From the NCBI GenBank assembly GCA_965215195.1, contig CBDCDC010000001.1, positions 672,001 to 736,000 on the forward strand: DNA of 64,000 nucleotides, given 5' to 3'. Below the pieces are notes generated by a model. That model searched no databases, was not told the DNA's origin, and saw only the letters and a program-made list of their open reading frames with translations. This document shows positions 9,450 through 20,027 of the stretch, piece by piece (the stretch's first letter is position 1; every line of letters begins with the position of its first letter). The position numbers were made by a program, and so were the translations under genes. Origin of the DNA: Candidatus Latescibacterota bacterium (GTDB lineage: Bacteria; Latescibacterota; UBA2968; UBA8231).

Positions 9450-10280
9450 CTATGCGTCAGCGCGGTCGATCCACTTATAGGCGGCTTTGGCGTTGCGCCA
9501 GAAGTACTTCTCCGTCGCCTCTTTGCCCCGTGCGGTAAAATACGTCATCACCAAGCACTGTATGTCTGCGTACTCGCGGCCACTGCGGTCGGATACCGGC
9601 CAGTCGCTGCCGTAAATCAGCCGATCCTCCCCGAACAAATCCCACAGCGCGTCGAGCACCGGGGCGTAAAAGTCCACATCCGTCGGCGCTGGCTTGACTT
9701 GGCTGCGCAAATCCATCAGCCCCGACACCTTGCAATAGACCTGCGGCTGGGCCGCAGCCTGACGCATCAATTCCAGCCGCGCCGGATCGGGCGGGCGGCC
9801 GTCAATGGGGATGCCGCCGATGTGGTTGATGACGATGCGCAACTCGGGGAAGCACTCGGCCAGCGCGGGCACACCCTCGTGTAAACCCGTATCCAGTTCC
9901 AGATCGTGGGCTACTAGCATTTCGGCGGCGGCCAAGCCGTGGCTTTCCGCGGCATGTACGCGGGCGCGGATGCCGAGGAAGACCGGATCGGCGGCAAAGC
10001 GCTCCAAGTAAGCGGCAAAGTCCGGGTCGTTAGGCTCGAGGTGGCCGACCAATCCCACGATGAAGGGGTCGGCGGCGGCCAAATCGAGAACCCACTGGTT
10101 GTCCTCAACCCAAGGACTGCACTCGACCATGACTGTGCCCGTTACGCCCTCGGGCACGGCGAGGGCCTTGTAGTCTGCGGGCAGCGCGCGCCGATAGAGA
10201 ACTTCGTCGTCTTTTTCCGGCCAAGGTACGCCCTCGGGCCTGAACGGATCGTAGAAATGAGTGTGGGTATCGATGATCAT
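9450..10280 (-). CDS. Amidohydrolase family protein (sugar lactonase-like)
   Basis: IIDTHTH, VINHIG, CKVSG, IYGSDWP. Confidence 0.9.
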   Translation of the reverse strand: MIIDTHTHFYDPFRPEGVPWPEKDDEVLYRRALPADYKALAVPEGVTGTVMVECSPWVEDNQWVLDLAAADPFIVGLVGHLEPNDPDFAAYLERFAADPVFLGIRARVHAAESHGLAAAEMLVAHDLELDTGLHEGVPALAECFPELRIVINHIGGIPIDGRPPDPARLELMRQAAAQPQVYCKVSGLMDLRSQVKPAPTDVDFYAPVLDALWDLFGEDRLIYGSDWPVSDRSGREYADIQCLVMTYFTARGKEATEKYFWRNAKAAYKWIDRADA

Positions 10281-11173
10281 CGCCCTATCGCTCCTCGCGT
10301 TAAATTGGTTCCGTTTTCAATGCGTTGGACGACCTCGTAAAAGAAATCCCGTGACCAAATGTCGATGGTGCGCGGGTCGCGCACGAATCGGACCACATCG
10401 TCCCGGGCGCGACCAACATCGAGTCGGTCAACCGCTTGTCGCAAGAGTTCCATGAGGCGGTCCCGCGTTAAAGGCGTCTCGTCCCGATAATCGCCCGACT
10501 GCCTCATGCGTGCCTCTAGATGGCTCAGATGCACTTGTGGATGACGGCCGGCGTACCAGACTAGATCGTACCAGTCCCGGCCCTTGACGCGCGTCTGCCA
10601 CCTCCGGCACAGGATGGCGTGTAGCTTGCCGGCGAGCAGATCGGGCAGACTATAAACGCGCACCGCAAAGGGAATAGGTTGCAGCAGATAGCGGCTCTCG
10701 GTCTCAAAGCCGCCGGGTGGATCGGTGTCCACTTCGAGTTTGATCCTCAGGACCGATCCGGGATGCAGGCCGGGGAGCAGCTCGGCGTCTGCTTCGATGA
10801 CGAGCAACTGTTTGAGCGTATGGGCCTTGAGAAAGGCCGACTCAATGGCCGTCTGCCGGGCCTGCTCTCTTTGCTCAAACTCGACGCGAAAACCAAAACT
10901 GCTGATCTCGCGCAAGAGTGCTTCGCCATATTGCCCAAGCGAAAACCCCGGATCGGGTGCCAACAGCGAGAAGTCGATGTCCTCGGAATAGCGATCCAAG
11001 CCGTAGAGTACGCGCAGGGCCGTGCCCCCGTAGAAGGCGGCATGCTCAAAAAACTTGCTGCGCCAGAGGCCGAGCAACGCCAATTCCTGCACTATTTCCC
11101 GCAGCACATTGACGTAATCGTCGCGCGTTTGGGGCGCGTAGCGGTCAAGCATGGAGCGAATGGCCTCATGCAT
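10277..11173 (-). CDS. abiEii: Type IV TA toxin, AbiEii nucleotidyltransferase
   Basis: FYGGTALR...RYSEDIDF, KLHAILCR, KGRDWYDL. Confidence 0.92.
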   Translation of the reverse strand: MHEAIRSMLDRYAPQTRDDYVNVLREIVQELALLGLWRSKFFEHAAFYGGTALRVLYGLDRYSEDIDFSLLAPDPGFSLGQYGEALLREISSFGFRVEFEQREQARQTAIESAFLKAHTLKQLLVIEADAELLPGLHPGSVLRIKLEVDTDPPGGFETESRYLLQPIPFAVRVYSLPDLLAGKLHAILCRRWQTRVKGRDWYDLVWYAGRHPQVHLSHLEARMRQSGDYRDETPLTRDRLMELLRQAVDRLDVGRARDDVVRFVRDPRTIDIWSRDFFYEVVQRIENGTNLTRGAIGR

Positions 11174-11831
11174 GGCTCTGCTCCCTTAGCGTCTGCAGAT
11201 AGCGCATGAGCCGATGGAGCTTCCGCGAATCGTAGGCTCTCGCTATCGCATTGAGGCGGTCGCCATCGAGGACGGCCAATCGGGCGGGATCCAGCCGCAG
11301 GTCGTCCAGCAAATACGGTCCATAGTCCCCCAAGCGAATCCCGTCGAAGCGCTTGTCGGCCCACACCTTGTCCGCCAGTGCCTTTTCTGGGGAAGCAATC
11401 AGGAAGGACAGAACGCCGTGCTCTTCTAGGATGACGCCAACGGCGTAGCGGCTCTGGCTCAAGTGGCGGTAGGAGAAAGTTCCGCAGGGCGTAGTAAAGG
11501 AGCGCGATCGCCCCAATGTCATTGAGGTGACCATCTCGACGCGTTCGGGTATGAGCTCGTGGTAGTTCAGTGCGTAGTCCAGACTTATATAGGAAGGCCC
11601 ATAGATCAGATTGGCCAGCAGTTCCCGGCTGATAGGTGCTTGCCGGAGGGGCTCGCCAAAGGTGTACAAGCCCTTCCTAATGCGCACAATTTCTCCGGCA
11701 GCCAATAACCTGCGGACTTTGTCGCGGGGCTTGCTAAATTGGGACAAACAGGCGACCAACTGCTGGTAATCGAAGACATCCCGAACAATCTGTTGCCGCA
11801 ATGGGGTCATTTCAACCATCTCGTACCGCAA
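11166..11831 (-). CDS. abiEi: Type IV TA antitoxin, AbiEi-like
   Basis: IVRIRKGLY, GPSYISLDYAL, IASPEKALAD; overlaps the toxin start. Confidence 0.88.
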   Translation of the reverse strand: MRYEMVEMTPLRQQIVRDVFDYQQLVACLSQFSKPRDKVRRLLAAGEIVRIRKGLYTFGEPLRQAPISRELLANLIYGPSYISLDYALNYHELIPERVEMVTSMTLGRSRSFTTPCGTFSYRHLSQSRYAVGVILEEHGVLSFLIASPEKALADKVWADKRFDGIRLGDYGPYLLDDLRLDPARLAVLDGDRLNAIARAYDSRKLHRLMRYLQTLREQSHA

Positions 11832-11965
11832 TAATATACATCAATGTCCACAATTAGTAGGCATAGTATGCTAAAAATGTGAATTCTCTCCAATCTATAT
11901 CACTACGGACTGATGCGGCCCCGGCTTGGGCCTCCACCCCGTCTGGCGTTTTTATGCCGCGCAAC

Positions 11966-12892
11966 TCATTTGCCGCCTGCGGAGGGCGCTGGCACCGCGT
12001 CCTGCTCCGCAGGCATGCGCCAGTTTTGCGCCTCATCTAAAGTCATGGTGCGAAAATCGGGCATCCGGTCCGCATCCCGGTCCTGGTGCTGATGGCCGCC
12101 TAGGATGTACATCGAGTGCTTGCGCCCCGACCCCGGGCGATCGGCGTCGAGCAGCCGGAATCCCATATGCAGGACCTTCCCCGGCGCGAAAACGTGCCGC
12201 TTGCTCTCCTCGGGGCTCGGCCCCAACACGTCCCACAAAGCCGCTTTCCACTCGAAGGTATATTCGACGTGCAAAGTGCCGTTGGCCGCATTGGGCGGGT
12301 GCATCGTCCAAGCGATGTCGAAGTGGGGTTTGTGCATCGCCCACAGGAACTCCGCCAAGAACGGGTCGTGGTGCTGGTCGAGAAAGCCAGCTTGGCCGTG
12401 AGGGAGACGCGAGTGTCGCAACGGCAGCACCCGGGCGTAGTAGCGTTGGCCGTTGACCAGCTCCTCGCGGGTGTGCCCGTAGATACTGCCGCCGGAGTGG
12501 TCGGCATCCACGGTAATCGACAGCGTATCGTCCCGCCACCACTTGAGGGGATCTTGGTTTTCGATCTTGAGCGTATCGTCGCTGATCCGGGCGAAGCAGT
12601 ACCAGCTATTGTCGGGGGGCGGACTCCAAGCAGTGTAGATGGTAAAGTCGAAGTCGGCCGCATCGACGTGGTCTGATTCGCGGTCGAAGAATCCTTCCCG
12701 CTCCAGCGCCAGACGGGGGTCGAAAAAGGCCCAGTCCCGGTCGTCGCCATCTATAGTTATCGCCGCGAGATCGGGCACCTCGACGAAGGGGACTGTGACG
12801 CCCACATGGGCGGACGCGAGGCTGGTGAAGAGGAGGGATAGGGCGAGGCTCGCAAGAAATGCCCTGAACCGAGTGCAGCAATGCGCGTACAT
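11966..12892 (-). CDS. Secreted CBM9-like protein, paralog of 26868..27779; frame is open up to 13012 through an abiEi remnant
   Basis: Signal ...LASA-HVGVTV; AITIDGDDRDW, ITVDADHSGG, RHVFAPGKVLHMGFRLLDADRPG. Confidence 0.8.
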   Translation of the reverse strand: MYAHCCTRFRAFLASLALSLLFTSLASAHVGVTVPFVEVPDLAAITIDGDDRDWAFFDPRLALEREGFFDRESDHVDAADFDFTIYTAWSPPPDNSWYCFARISDDTLKIENQDPLKWWRDDTLSITVDADHSGGSIYGHTREELVNGQRYYARVLPLRHSRLPHGQAGFLDQHHDPFLAEFLWAMHKPHFDIAWTMHPPNAANGTLHVEYTFEWKAALWDVLGPSPEESKRHVFAPGKVLHMGFRLLDADRPGSGRKHSMYILGGHQHQDRDADRMPDFRTMTLDEAQNWRMPAEQDAVPAPSAGGK

Positions 12893-12905
12893 GTCGCTAG
12901 CCAGC

Positions 12906-13080
12906 ATATAGGAAGGCCCGTGGATTAGATTGGCCAGCAGTTCCCGGCTGATGGGTGCTTGCCGGATGATCTGCTGCCGCAATGGGTTCGTTTTAAGCAT
13001 TTTGTATCGCAATAATGTACATCAATGTCCACAATTAGTGGGCATAACATGCTAAAAATGTGAGGTTCCGTCCAATCCAC
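12906..13080 (-). pseudogene. Internally deleted second copy of the abiEi 5' end and promoter
   Basis: About 12966-13080 matches 11786-11895 and 12906-12965 matches 11586-11646; about 140 nt between are missing. Confidence 0.88.
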
Positions 13081-13166
13081 ATTTGACATGCAGCTTAGAG
13101 GGTGCTTTGACCAGTACGACCCCAAGCAATATAGAGCAGCTTCGGTGCTTTTTTTACCTGTTGCTT

Positions 13167-13320
13167 TCAACATTTAATCAAGGCCGCCTTTTCTCTTTTT
13201 TTGCGGAATGGAATGCCGAGTTTCCGCAGGCGGCTACGCAGCGTGTTGGGATGGACGCCGAGCAAGCGGGCCGCGCCTCGGGGGCCGTAAGTCGGCTTTG
13301 CCGTTAGTTACGGACTCTAT
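13167..13320 (-). pseudogene. Remnant C-terminal Fis-type HTH of a sigma-54 activator (FhlA/NtrC-like)
   Basis: Manual translation: ESVTNGK, frameshift, then YGPRGAARLLGVHPNTLRSRLRKLGIPF. Confidence 0.75.
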
Positions 13321-13563
13321 ATCTATGGATTCTGGGCACCCTAGCTCCTCGCTCCTTCGTACAGGTGCTGCCCATTCAGGCGTTGCGCGAAGGCATGGTG
13401 CCGCGTGTAGCGATCTATGCGGCGGATGGTGGCGGAGCGGCCGGGCAAGGGCAAGACGTGCTGTGTTATCCCGGCCGGCCGTTGACGAAGGGGCACGTGC
13501 GGACTTGAATAAGGGAAAGGTTCGGTCGGCTAACACTCCTCCCACTAACGCTAGAGGTACTCT

Positions 13564-15777
13564 ATGCGCTACTTGCTCTTAGTCATTTTGTCGTTGGCGG
13601 CTCCGCTGGGCGCCTTGGCCATAACGTGGGATTTTGACGAGGGCACTACCTATGGCTGGACGGCCCAAGAGAGCTTCTTAGGCAATGACAGTGACGTTAC
13701 TCCCACCACAGTGTACAGCGAAGTCGAAGGCGGCGTCTGGCGCATTGCGCCGGTGCCGGGCGGGCAACAACCGGCCATTAGCTTGCTTTCGCCGCTGATT
13801 GGGGAAGACTCCGCCCTTTTTGACCGGGTCACCCTCCGGCTGCGCATCATCCACGAGCGCCCCACCGAGGGAGACCTCCTGATGGACTGGTCCAATGGCG
13901 AGTCCAGACGCCGCCAGAAGGCAGCACCCCACGGGGGACCAGATTCTAGGTTGGGGTTTTTTATAGGCCGTGGTCAATTCTATCCCACCGAATGGGAAAA
14001 CATCACGATAGATATACGCGACTTGGAAGCCGCGGCGGAAGCGAATCTAACCACGGGGTTTGATCCCCTTGGGGGGATAAAGGAGATCGTCTGGCAGGAC
14101 ACGCTCTTCCACTTTCTACTACAACTAAACTTAAACACGGACCCGCAGAGTCCGGCTGACTATCCTGAGTTTTTAGAAGTGGACTGGATTCAACTGACAG
14201 GGGCTGAAGAGCTGCTGTTTGGGGAATTGCCGCCCCGGGTGGTCGCCGTGGCGGCGAGGCCACCCGGGGCGTTGTTCACCGAGCCGCGTTTTTCTGTGCT
14301 CGGCCCAGGTTTCGGTGCCGTATCATCGCAAGGTACTTTGGGCGATGTGGACGGCGATGGGGATGCCGATCTGGTGGGGGTATGGAGATACGACACGTTC
14401 GTCTGGGTGACCGAAAGGGAGACTGAGACGACGGTCCATGAGGGCTGGACTATAGCGGCTAGCGACGGGTTGGGCGGCTTGGTCCCGGCCCGAGAGGTGC
14501 TCCTCTCATCCGGCCAAGACGGGTCCATTTTGGGGATTGCGGGGAGCGATTTCAACGGGGATGGGCTGCTCGATCTGGCCTTTATGGAAGGTCTGGACCT
14601 CGAATTGTGGATCAACCGGGGCGCGAATGGCTTTGAAGCCATCCTCCAGCTATCCGGCGTCTATTTCAGGGGCCTCGCCGATGGCGACGGCGACGGCGAT
14701 GTAGACCTGTTGGTCATGGAGTACGACACCCTACGGGACGGCGTACGATGGTCCGAAGTGGTGATGTGGCTCAATGACGGCGCGGGCGCGTTTGCCCACC
14801 GCGATCGGTTCGTCCTCGATAGCGAAGAGGAACTCGCTCCGTACCTGCTGGCCGGGCAACCGCTGGGCGAGGCCGTGCGCGTGTTGTGGAACCGACCCTG
14901 CTACCAGCCAGTGGGGCCTTGGCGGCTGACCCAGCCGTGGGCCGCCAGCGAGCCGCCGCCGCTGTTTTTTGAGGCCGAGGTCAATCCCTGTGACCTGCAT
15001 CTGTTTAGCGATCTGGATGGGGCTGAGGCGGTGGAGTTCGTCGGGATTCCTGAGCGGAATCTATTCTTCGATTTTTATGTGGGCTCCACCTACCACGGTT
15101 TGGCGCTGTGGCGGGTGGATGGCGCGGGCGGGGTAGAACGCCACACCCTGCTCGGTCCGCAGGTGCTCGTGCCGGCTCCGCATGAGGCTAGGACCATTGC
15201 CCGTGACCTGACCGGCGATGGCCTTTTGGACTTGGCCGTGGTCGATGGCAACTTGGCCACCGGGCCGGCGCTGGTGGTGCTGGTCGGCCAGCGCGCTGGG
15301 GTGCCCATCGTCGAAGGGCGCTATCCCCTGCCGGGCACGGGCCGGCAGGTGCTCGCGGGCGATGTCAACGGCGATGGGGCGACCGATCTGGTGGTGCTGG
15401 GGCGCAGTGCGGCAGGGGATGACGGCGGCGCCTTCGTCTTTCTCAACCAAGGCGTCCCGGCCACAGCTATCGCGGCCGAGACAGCGGCCACGTCCTCAAC
15501 CTTTGCCCTCGGTGCGAACTATCCCAATCCATTCAATCCGGCTACGAGCATCCCCTTGACGGTGCCTGCCGAAACGGGCGATGTAGACTTAACCATCTAC
15601 AACGTCTTGGGGCAGCCGGTGCGGCAGGTGTGGAACGGTCCGCTGGCGGCGGGCGAGCACAGGCTGACTTGGGATGGCCGGGATGCCCAAGGCCAACCCG
15701 TCGCCGCCGGGGTCTATTTGTATCGGTTGCAGGTGGAAGACCAGGTGCGCATCCGCAAGATGGTCAAACTCGAATAG
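13564..15777 (+). CDS. Secreted FG-GAP/VCBS-repeat protein with C-terminal FlgD-Ig/T9SS-type-A-like domain
   Basis: Repeats GDVDGDGDADL, SDFNGDGLLDL, DLTGDGLLDL, GDVNGDGATDL; NYPNPFNP...WDGRD...GVYLYRL. Confidence 0.88.
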   Translation: MRYLLLVILSLAAPLGALAITWDFDEGTTYGWTAQESFLGNDSDVTPTTVYSEVEGGVWRIAPVPGGQQPAISLLSPLIGEDSALFDRVTLRLRIIHERPTEGDLLMDWSNGESRRRQKAAPHGGPDSRLGFFIGRGQFYPTEWENITIDIRDLEAAAEANLTTGFDPLGGIKEIVWQDTLFHFLLQLNLNTDPQSPADYPEFLEVDWIQLTGAEELLFGELPPRVVAVAARPPGALFTEPRFSVLGPGFGAVSSQGTLGDVDGDGDADLVGVWRYDTFVWVTERETETTVHEGWTIAASDGLGGLVPAREVLLSSGQDGSILGIAGSDFNGDGLLDLAFMEGLDLELWINRGANGFEAILQLSGVYFRGLADGDGDGDVDLLVMEYDTLRDGVRWSEVVMWLNDGAGAFAHRDRFVLDSEEELAPYLLAGQPLGEAVRVLWNRPCYQPVGPWRLTQPWAASEPPPLFFEAEVNPCDLHLFSDLDGAEAVEFVGIPERNLFFDFYVGSTYHGLALWRVDGAGGVERHTLLGPQVLVPAPHEARTIARDLTGDGLLDLAVVDGNLATGPALVVLVGQRAGVPIVEGRYPLPGTGRQVLAGDVNGDGATDLVVLGRSAAGDDGGAFVFLNQGVPATAIAAETAATSSTFALGANYPNPFNPATSIPLTVPAETGDVDLTIYNVLGQPVRQVWNGPLAAGEHRLTWDGRDAQGQPVAAGVYLYRLQVEDQVRIRKMVKLE

Positions 15778-15916
15778 ACGCACGAACTGGGAACGGACAT
15801 GCTGGAGACATTGCGCCAATACATAGCGGCTGGAAGCGTTTCATGGAACGAACGATTGAATGGGAGTGGCGTGGGGATGTGGATTAGGTCCTGCCGAAAA
15901 GAGAGGGCATAAGACG

Positions 15917-17242
15917 ATGAGACGGCCATGGAAAGTCCCGTTCCGAAAAAATAGAAAACTGCAAAGCTGCTTGGCGGTGTCGCTGGCCTTGCATCTGCTG
16001 GTGATCTTCGGACTCCCGCGCCACGAGCGGGTCACTCACTTTCCCTTGCAACCACCGATCATGGTGAAGTTTACCAAGAAGCGCCCGCTGCCGCGCACCC
16101 TCGCCCGCCGCCAACGGCCCCAGCAGCGCCCGTTGGTGCGCCGCCCCGCCCTGCAAGCCGCCCCGGTCGTAGCGATGCGGCCGGCTCCCTCGGCGACGCG
16201 CCCGCTACCGGTGTTCAAGTCGTCGGCTCTCCGACTGCCAACGGCGGCACTGCCAGCGCGACTGGTGCTGCCCGTGCCGGATTTCCCCGCTCGGCAGATT
16301 GGTCCATCCCTGCAGGCGGGGGCATTGGAAGGGACGCGGCAAGGGGCCGACGAGATTGACTTGGCGTTGGAACTGATGGACGTGCAGGTGCTGGACACGG
16401 GTCGGCATCGGGCGATGGTCGTCGTCGATCCCCAAGATCGGCGCAAGCTCAAGGGCTTTCTCTATTTGTCCAGTATCCACAGCGAAGCGCTCGAACGCGC
16501 CGAGGCCAGCGCGGGGTCGGAGCGCAGCGGGGGGTGGTCGCGCAGCATCGCCGAGCAGCGCATCCTGCAAGGACTCGCCGACAAAGTGAGCGAGCGCACC
16601 GGCGTACACACCCAAGTGCTTGACGGCCTCGCCTTGGACGATCCCCGGCTGATGCAGGTGCCGTTTCTGTTGCTGACGGTTCAGAGCCAAGTCGCCTTCA
16701 CCCAAGCCGAAGCCAAAAATCTGGGTCGCTATCTCACGTCGGGTGGGTTCCTCTATGCCGAGATTGTCTCCGCCCCCATCGCCCTCGCGGGCGGCTATCA
16801 GCACGACCTGCCGGCGTTGCGCGCTTTCACTCGCCAAGCCTTTCAGCAAGTGGACTACGCCGAACACAAAGATTGGTCTTTCGTGCGGTTGCCGCCCGAA
16901 CACCCGCTCTACCACTGCTTCTACGACATAGATTCCCTGCCGCGCGGCTTCTGGGACATCTGGTTTTGGTATCTTGACTCTCGCTTCGAGTCGTCGCCCA
17001 ATTACTTGGAGGGCATTGAGGTCAATGGCCGCATCGTAGGGGTTTACTCACAAAAGAACTACGCGACTCTATTGGCTGGCGAGGTTGAGCGGCTCCGCGA
17101 GGCGGATCGGGCCACCAACAATGAGGGTCGTTTTGTCACGGGTGCGGATGAGTTGCCGGTCTATGACCTCGGCGTCAATATCGTGGTGTATGCGTTGACG
17201 CGGGAGGGATCATTGGCTCAACAGTTCGTCGATGTGGACTGA
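15917..17242 (+). CDS. DUF4159-like protein with N-terminal membrane anchor and Pro/Arg-rich linker
   Basis: SLALHLL anchor; AEAKNLGRYLTSGGFLYAE, HPLYHCFYD, LGVNIVVYALT. Confidence 0.78.
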   Translation: MRRPWKVPFRKNRKLQSCLAVSLALHLLVIFGLPRHERVTHFPLQPPIMVKFTKKRPLPRTLARRQRPQQRPLVRRPALQAAPVVAMRPAPSATRPLPVFKSSALRLPTAALPARLVLPVPDFPARQIGPSLQAGALEGTRQGADEIDLALELMDVQVLDTGRHRAMVVVDPQDRRKLKGFLYLSSIHSEALERAEASAGSERSGGWSRSIAEQRILQGLADKVSERTGVHTQVLDGLALDDPRLMQVPFLLLTVQSQVAFTQAEAKNLGRYLTSGGFLYAEIVSAPIALAGGYQHDLPALRAFTRQAFQQVDYAEHKDWSFVRLPPEHPLYHCFYDIDSLPRGFWDIWFWYLDSRFESSPNYLEGIEVNGRIVGVYSQKNYATLLAGEVERLREADRATNNEGRFVTGADELPVYDLGVNIVVYALTREGSLAQQFVDVD

Positions 17243-17439
17243 GGGCTGTTGTGCCGTGATACTATAATTGAAGAGGGCACTGCGAGGTATGGAAATCATT
17301 CCGTTAATTCCCGAACGCGACTTAGCCATTCAGCGGGCGCGGGTCGCACAAGATCGCGATGTACGCACCCAAGCGAAGGCTTGTCTCCTGTTAGGAGGAA
17401 CAAGGAGAACTCGACAGAGCCGAAGCCCTGTATAAGAGT

Positions 17440-17587
17440 TCGCTTGGGACAGGTCTATGCGTCGAATCAGGCTCCTTTTGATGCCGTACTTCAGTGGCGG
17501 CAAGCACTGGAACTATACCGCAAACTTCAGCTAGACGACAAGGTTGAGTTCGTAGAACAACTGCTGAGGACGAGCGGCCGAATGTAA
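17440..17587 (+). pseudogene. Possible C-terminal TPR-like gene fragment
   Basis: LGQVYAS...AVLQWRQALELYRKL resembles a TPR helix pair; no coherent upstream coding region. Confidence 0.4.
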
Positions 17588-17634
17588 AGGGCAAAATGAT
17601 GTTCAACGCAATACGACAGCCGGCCAGTCGCGGC

Positions 17635-20013
17635 CTAGTAAGCCACGCTGATAATGCGGTGCCGGCTCGCGGCCCCGGCTTGGGCCTCCACCTCCACCCG
17701 GCACAGGTACGAACCCGGGGGGACTACGCGCTCGTCTTGGTCTTGACCGGCCCAAATGTAGAGATAGGACTGATCGGGCTGGCGCTGGCCTGCAAGGGCG
17801 CGGACGAGCCGGCCAGCGAGGGTGTAGATCCGCACTTGGGCCGGCGCGTCCGTCTTGAGGACATGGAAGCGGATTTCCGCGGCGTCGCCAATTCCGTCCC
17901 CGTTGGGGCTGATGAACGATTGCACCGAGAGATTGGCGATGAGCCGGTCGGTGCCCGGGACGCTGGGCAAATAGACGGTCGTGGCAGCGCGCCGCACCGG
18001 ATCGACCGGCTGCCACACCGCTAGCTGCCGCTCGTGGCCCACGAAGGCCCGGAAGAGGGTGGCGTTGCGCTCTACAACCGCGCTGAACGACAGCGCGACG
18101 TCCTCTCGCCGCACGGTGCGCGGCAGTTCCACGAGCAGGGAATCGCCGGCAATGCGCACGGCGGCTGGTTCGGCTTCGGCACCGTCTATGCTGAGGACGA
18201 GCGCGTCCGGGTCGGCCGGCGAGGGAGTTTGCAGGAGGACGCGATCAAACCCGGGGTTGCGCGGCGCTAGCTCCGGCGTGATGTGGAACGAGAATAGCTG
18301 GGGCACGCCCGCCTCGGCCGTGCGCGGCAAGACCTCGCCGGTGACCCCGGCGAGGAAGGCGTCGGTAAATTCGATCTCCAAGGCGCGCACGGTCGGCGCG
18401 GTGGTCGGGCGGTCTGAGCTGAGGATGAGCTGAACTTGGACGAAGCGGCGCGGGCTGGGGGAGAGAAACTGCTCGCCGGGGCGCTGGTAAAAGTTGCTCC
18501 ACTCGCTCCAGTCCTCGCCAATGCCAATAGTGCTCTGGGTCTCGCCCCGCAGCGCCTTTGGCATCTGGTCGAACTGCTCGGCCGTTACTTCGGTGCCATC
18601 CTTGCGGAAGTAGCGAAAGTTTTCTTGCAGCGCGTTGCCCGAGCGAGTGCGCGCCTGAATGCGAGCGCCCGGGGGCAGGTCGGCTTCCCAGCGCAGGGAC
18701 TTGATCACCTTCGCCCGGTTGTCGCCGGCGATTTGCCCCAAGTCGATGAAGTCCGAACTCATCTCCACTTGGGCCACGTGGCCCACCGCAAACACCAGCG
18801 TCTCTATCAAAAAGCCGCTCTGGAACTCAAAGCTGGACTGGGCACCGCCACCGCCGACCCATTCGGCCGCGATAAAGCGGACCGGGCGCGGGTCGAAAAG
18901 ATACGTCAATTGGCCGGGGAACTCAGTCGAGGACGCGAGCAAGGCATCTGCGTCGCCGATGAAAAGCTGGTCCAGATCGACCTCGCCCGTCAGGGTGCGG
19001 CGACCGTTGGAAACGCTCAAGCTGTGGGTGCGAATCTGAGGCAGGTTGGAGCCGTACGTCAGGGTGCGGAGGAGAAAATCCGAAGTGCGCATCACGATCC
19101 GATCCACCCAGAACAATGCGCCCAAGTCCCAGTCCCAAGCGATGGGATCTTGGCCGCGCTCCCGCCGCGCTCCCCAATCGGTATTGGCGTTGCCGTCGGC
19201 CATTTTGAAGGCAAACCCCCGGCCCACGCGCTCCTGAATCGCGCCGCCGCGCGCTAGGGTCTGCAAGGCGATATTTTCCCCGAGCGTGTACACTTCCACC
19301 TCGGCAAGGGCTGCGTCCGGCGTCTTGGCATCGACCAAAATCCTTATGAATTGCAGTAAGTCGTAGGTGGTATCCGCAGCGCCTGCCTCGCGGCCCTCCC
19401 GCACCCGCGTCACCTCCCGCACCAGCGGCTTCACATCGTAGGTCACCTCAGTCTCGTCAATGGGCTTGGTGGTGCCGCCTATCAGGTGAAAAGAGAATAT
19501 GTCTTGGCGCGTCACGCGGCGGCCCTCGGACCCGAAGACGCGGAATTCGCGCAAGGGCCGCGCCCCCTCTTGATCCGGGAAAATGAGGCGAATCTCCGAC
19601 ACGAGTACGGCCCTTCCCAAGTTGATCTCGATCCACCAGTCCTCTAAGGGGGCGTCCGGGTCGGGTTGCCAGAAGGTGTGGACGCGGCCGTCTATGGCCC
19701 GGCCGGCCGTTGCGAGGTTGGTGCCGGCCTTCCACGCGCCGCCGCGCATCTCTTGGCCGCTCACCAGTTCGTGGGTGAATTCGCTGGCGTTGGCCGCTGC
19801 GTTGTGTACGCCCTTGAATTCGACCGGGGTCACCGAGCCGGATGAGGAAAATGCGAGCGTGCCGGCCGGGAAGGTCCATTGCTGCCACTCGGCTTTGCGA
19901 TCCACCCGGTACACCTCTAGGTCGGCGCTCCGAGTCTGGGCGTACGCCGCCAGCCCGAGGGCCGCCAAGCCCGCGAAGAGGAGGAACGTTTGGTGCGAGC
20001 GAATGCGCTGCAT
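17635..20013 (-). CDS. Large secreted protein with discoidin/F5-8-like domains and C-terminal FlgD-Ig domain
   Basis: Signal peptide from ATG 20013 (AAGGAG RBS); AIDGRVHTFW, WIEINLGR, SPSPRRFVQ, ISPNGDGIGD, IYTLAGRLVR. Confidence 0.85.
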   Translation of the reverse strand: MQRIRSHQTFLLFAGLAALGLAAYAQTRSADLEVYRVDRKAEWQQWTFPAGTLAFSSSGSVTPVEFKGVHNAAANASEFTHELVSGQEMRGGAWKAGTNLATAGRAIDGRVHTFWQPDPDAPLEDWWIEINLGRAVLVSEIRLIFPDQEGARPLREFRVFGSEGRRVTRQDIFSFHLIGGTTKPIDETEVTYDVKPLVREVTRVREGREAGAADTTYDLLQFIRILVDAKTPDAALAEVEVYTLGENIALQTLARGGAIQERVGRGFAFKMADGNANTDWGARRERGQDPIAWDWDLGALFWVDRIVMRTSDFLLRTLTYGSNLPQIRTHSLSVSNGRRTLTGEVDLDQLFIGDADALLASSTEFPGQLTYLFDPRPVRFIAAEWVGGGGAQSSFEFQSGFLIETLVFAVGHVAQVEMSSDFIDLGQIAGDNRAKVIKSLRWEADLPPGARIQARTRSGNALQENFRYFRKDGTEVTAEQFDQMPKALRGETQSTIGIGEDWSEWSNFYQRPGEQFLSPSPRRFVQVQLILSSDRPTTAPTVRALEIEFTDAFLAGVTGEVLPRTAEAGVPQLFSFHITPELAPRNPGFDRVLLQTPSPADPDALVLSIDGAEAEPAAVRIAGDSLLVELPRTVRREDVALSFSAVVERNATLFRAFVGHERQLAVWQPVDPVRRAATTVYLPSVPGTDRLIANLSVQSFISPNGDGIGDAAEIRFHVLKTDAPAQVRIYTLAGRLVRALAGQRQPDQSYLYIWAGQDQDERVVPPGSYLCRVEVEAQAGAASRHRIISVAY

Positions 20014-20027
20014 GGTCTGCTCCTTTT

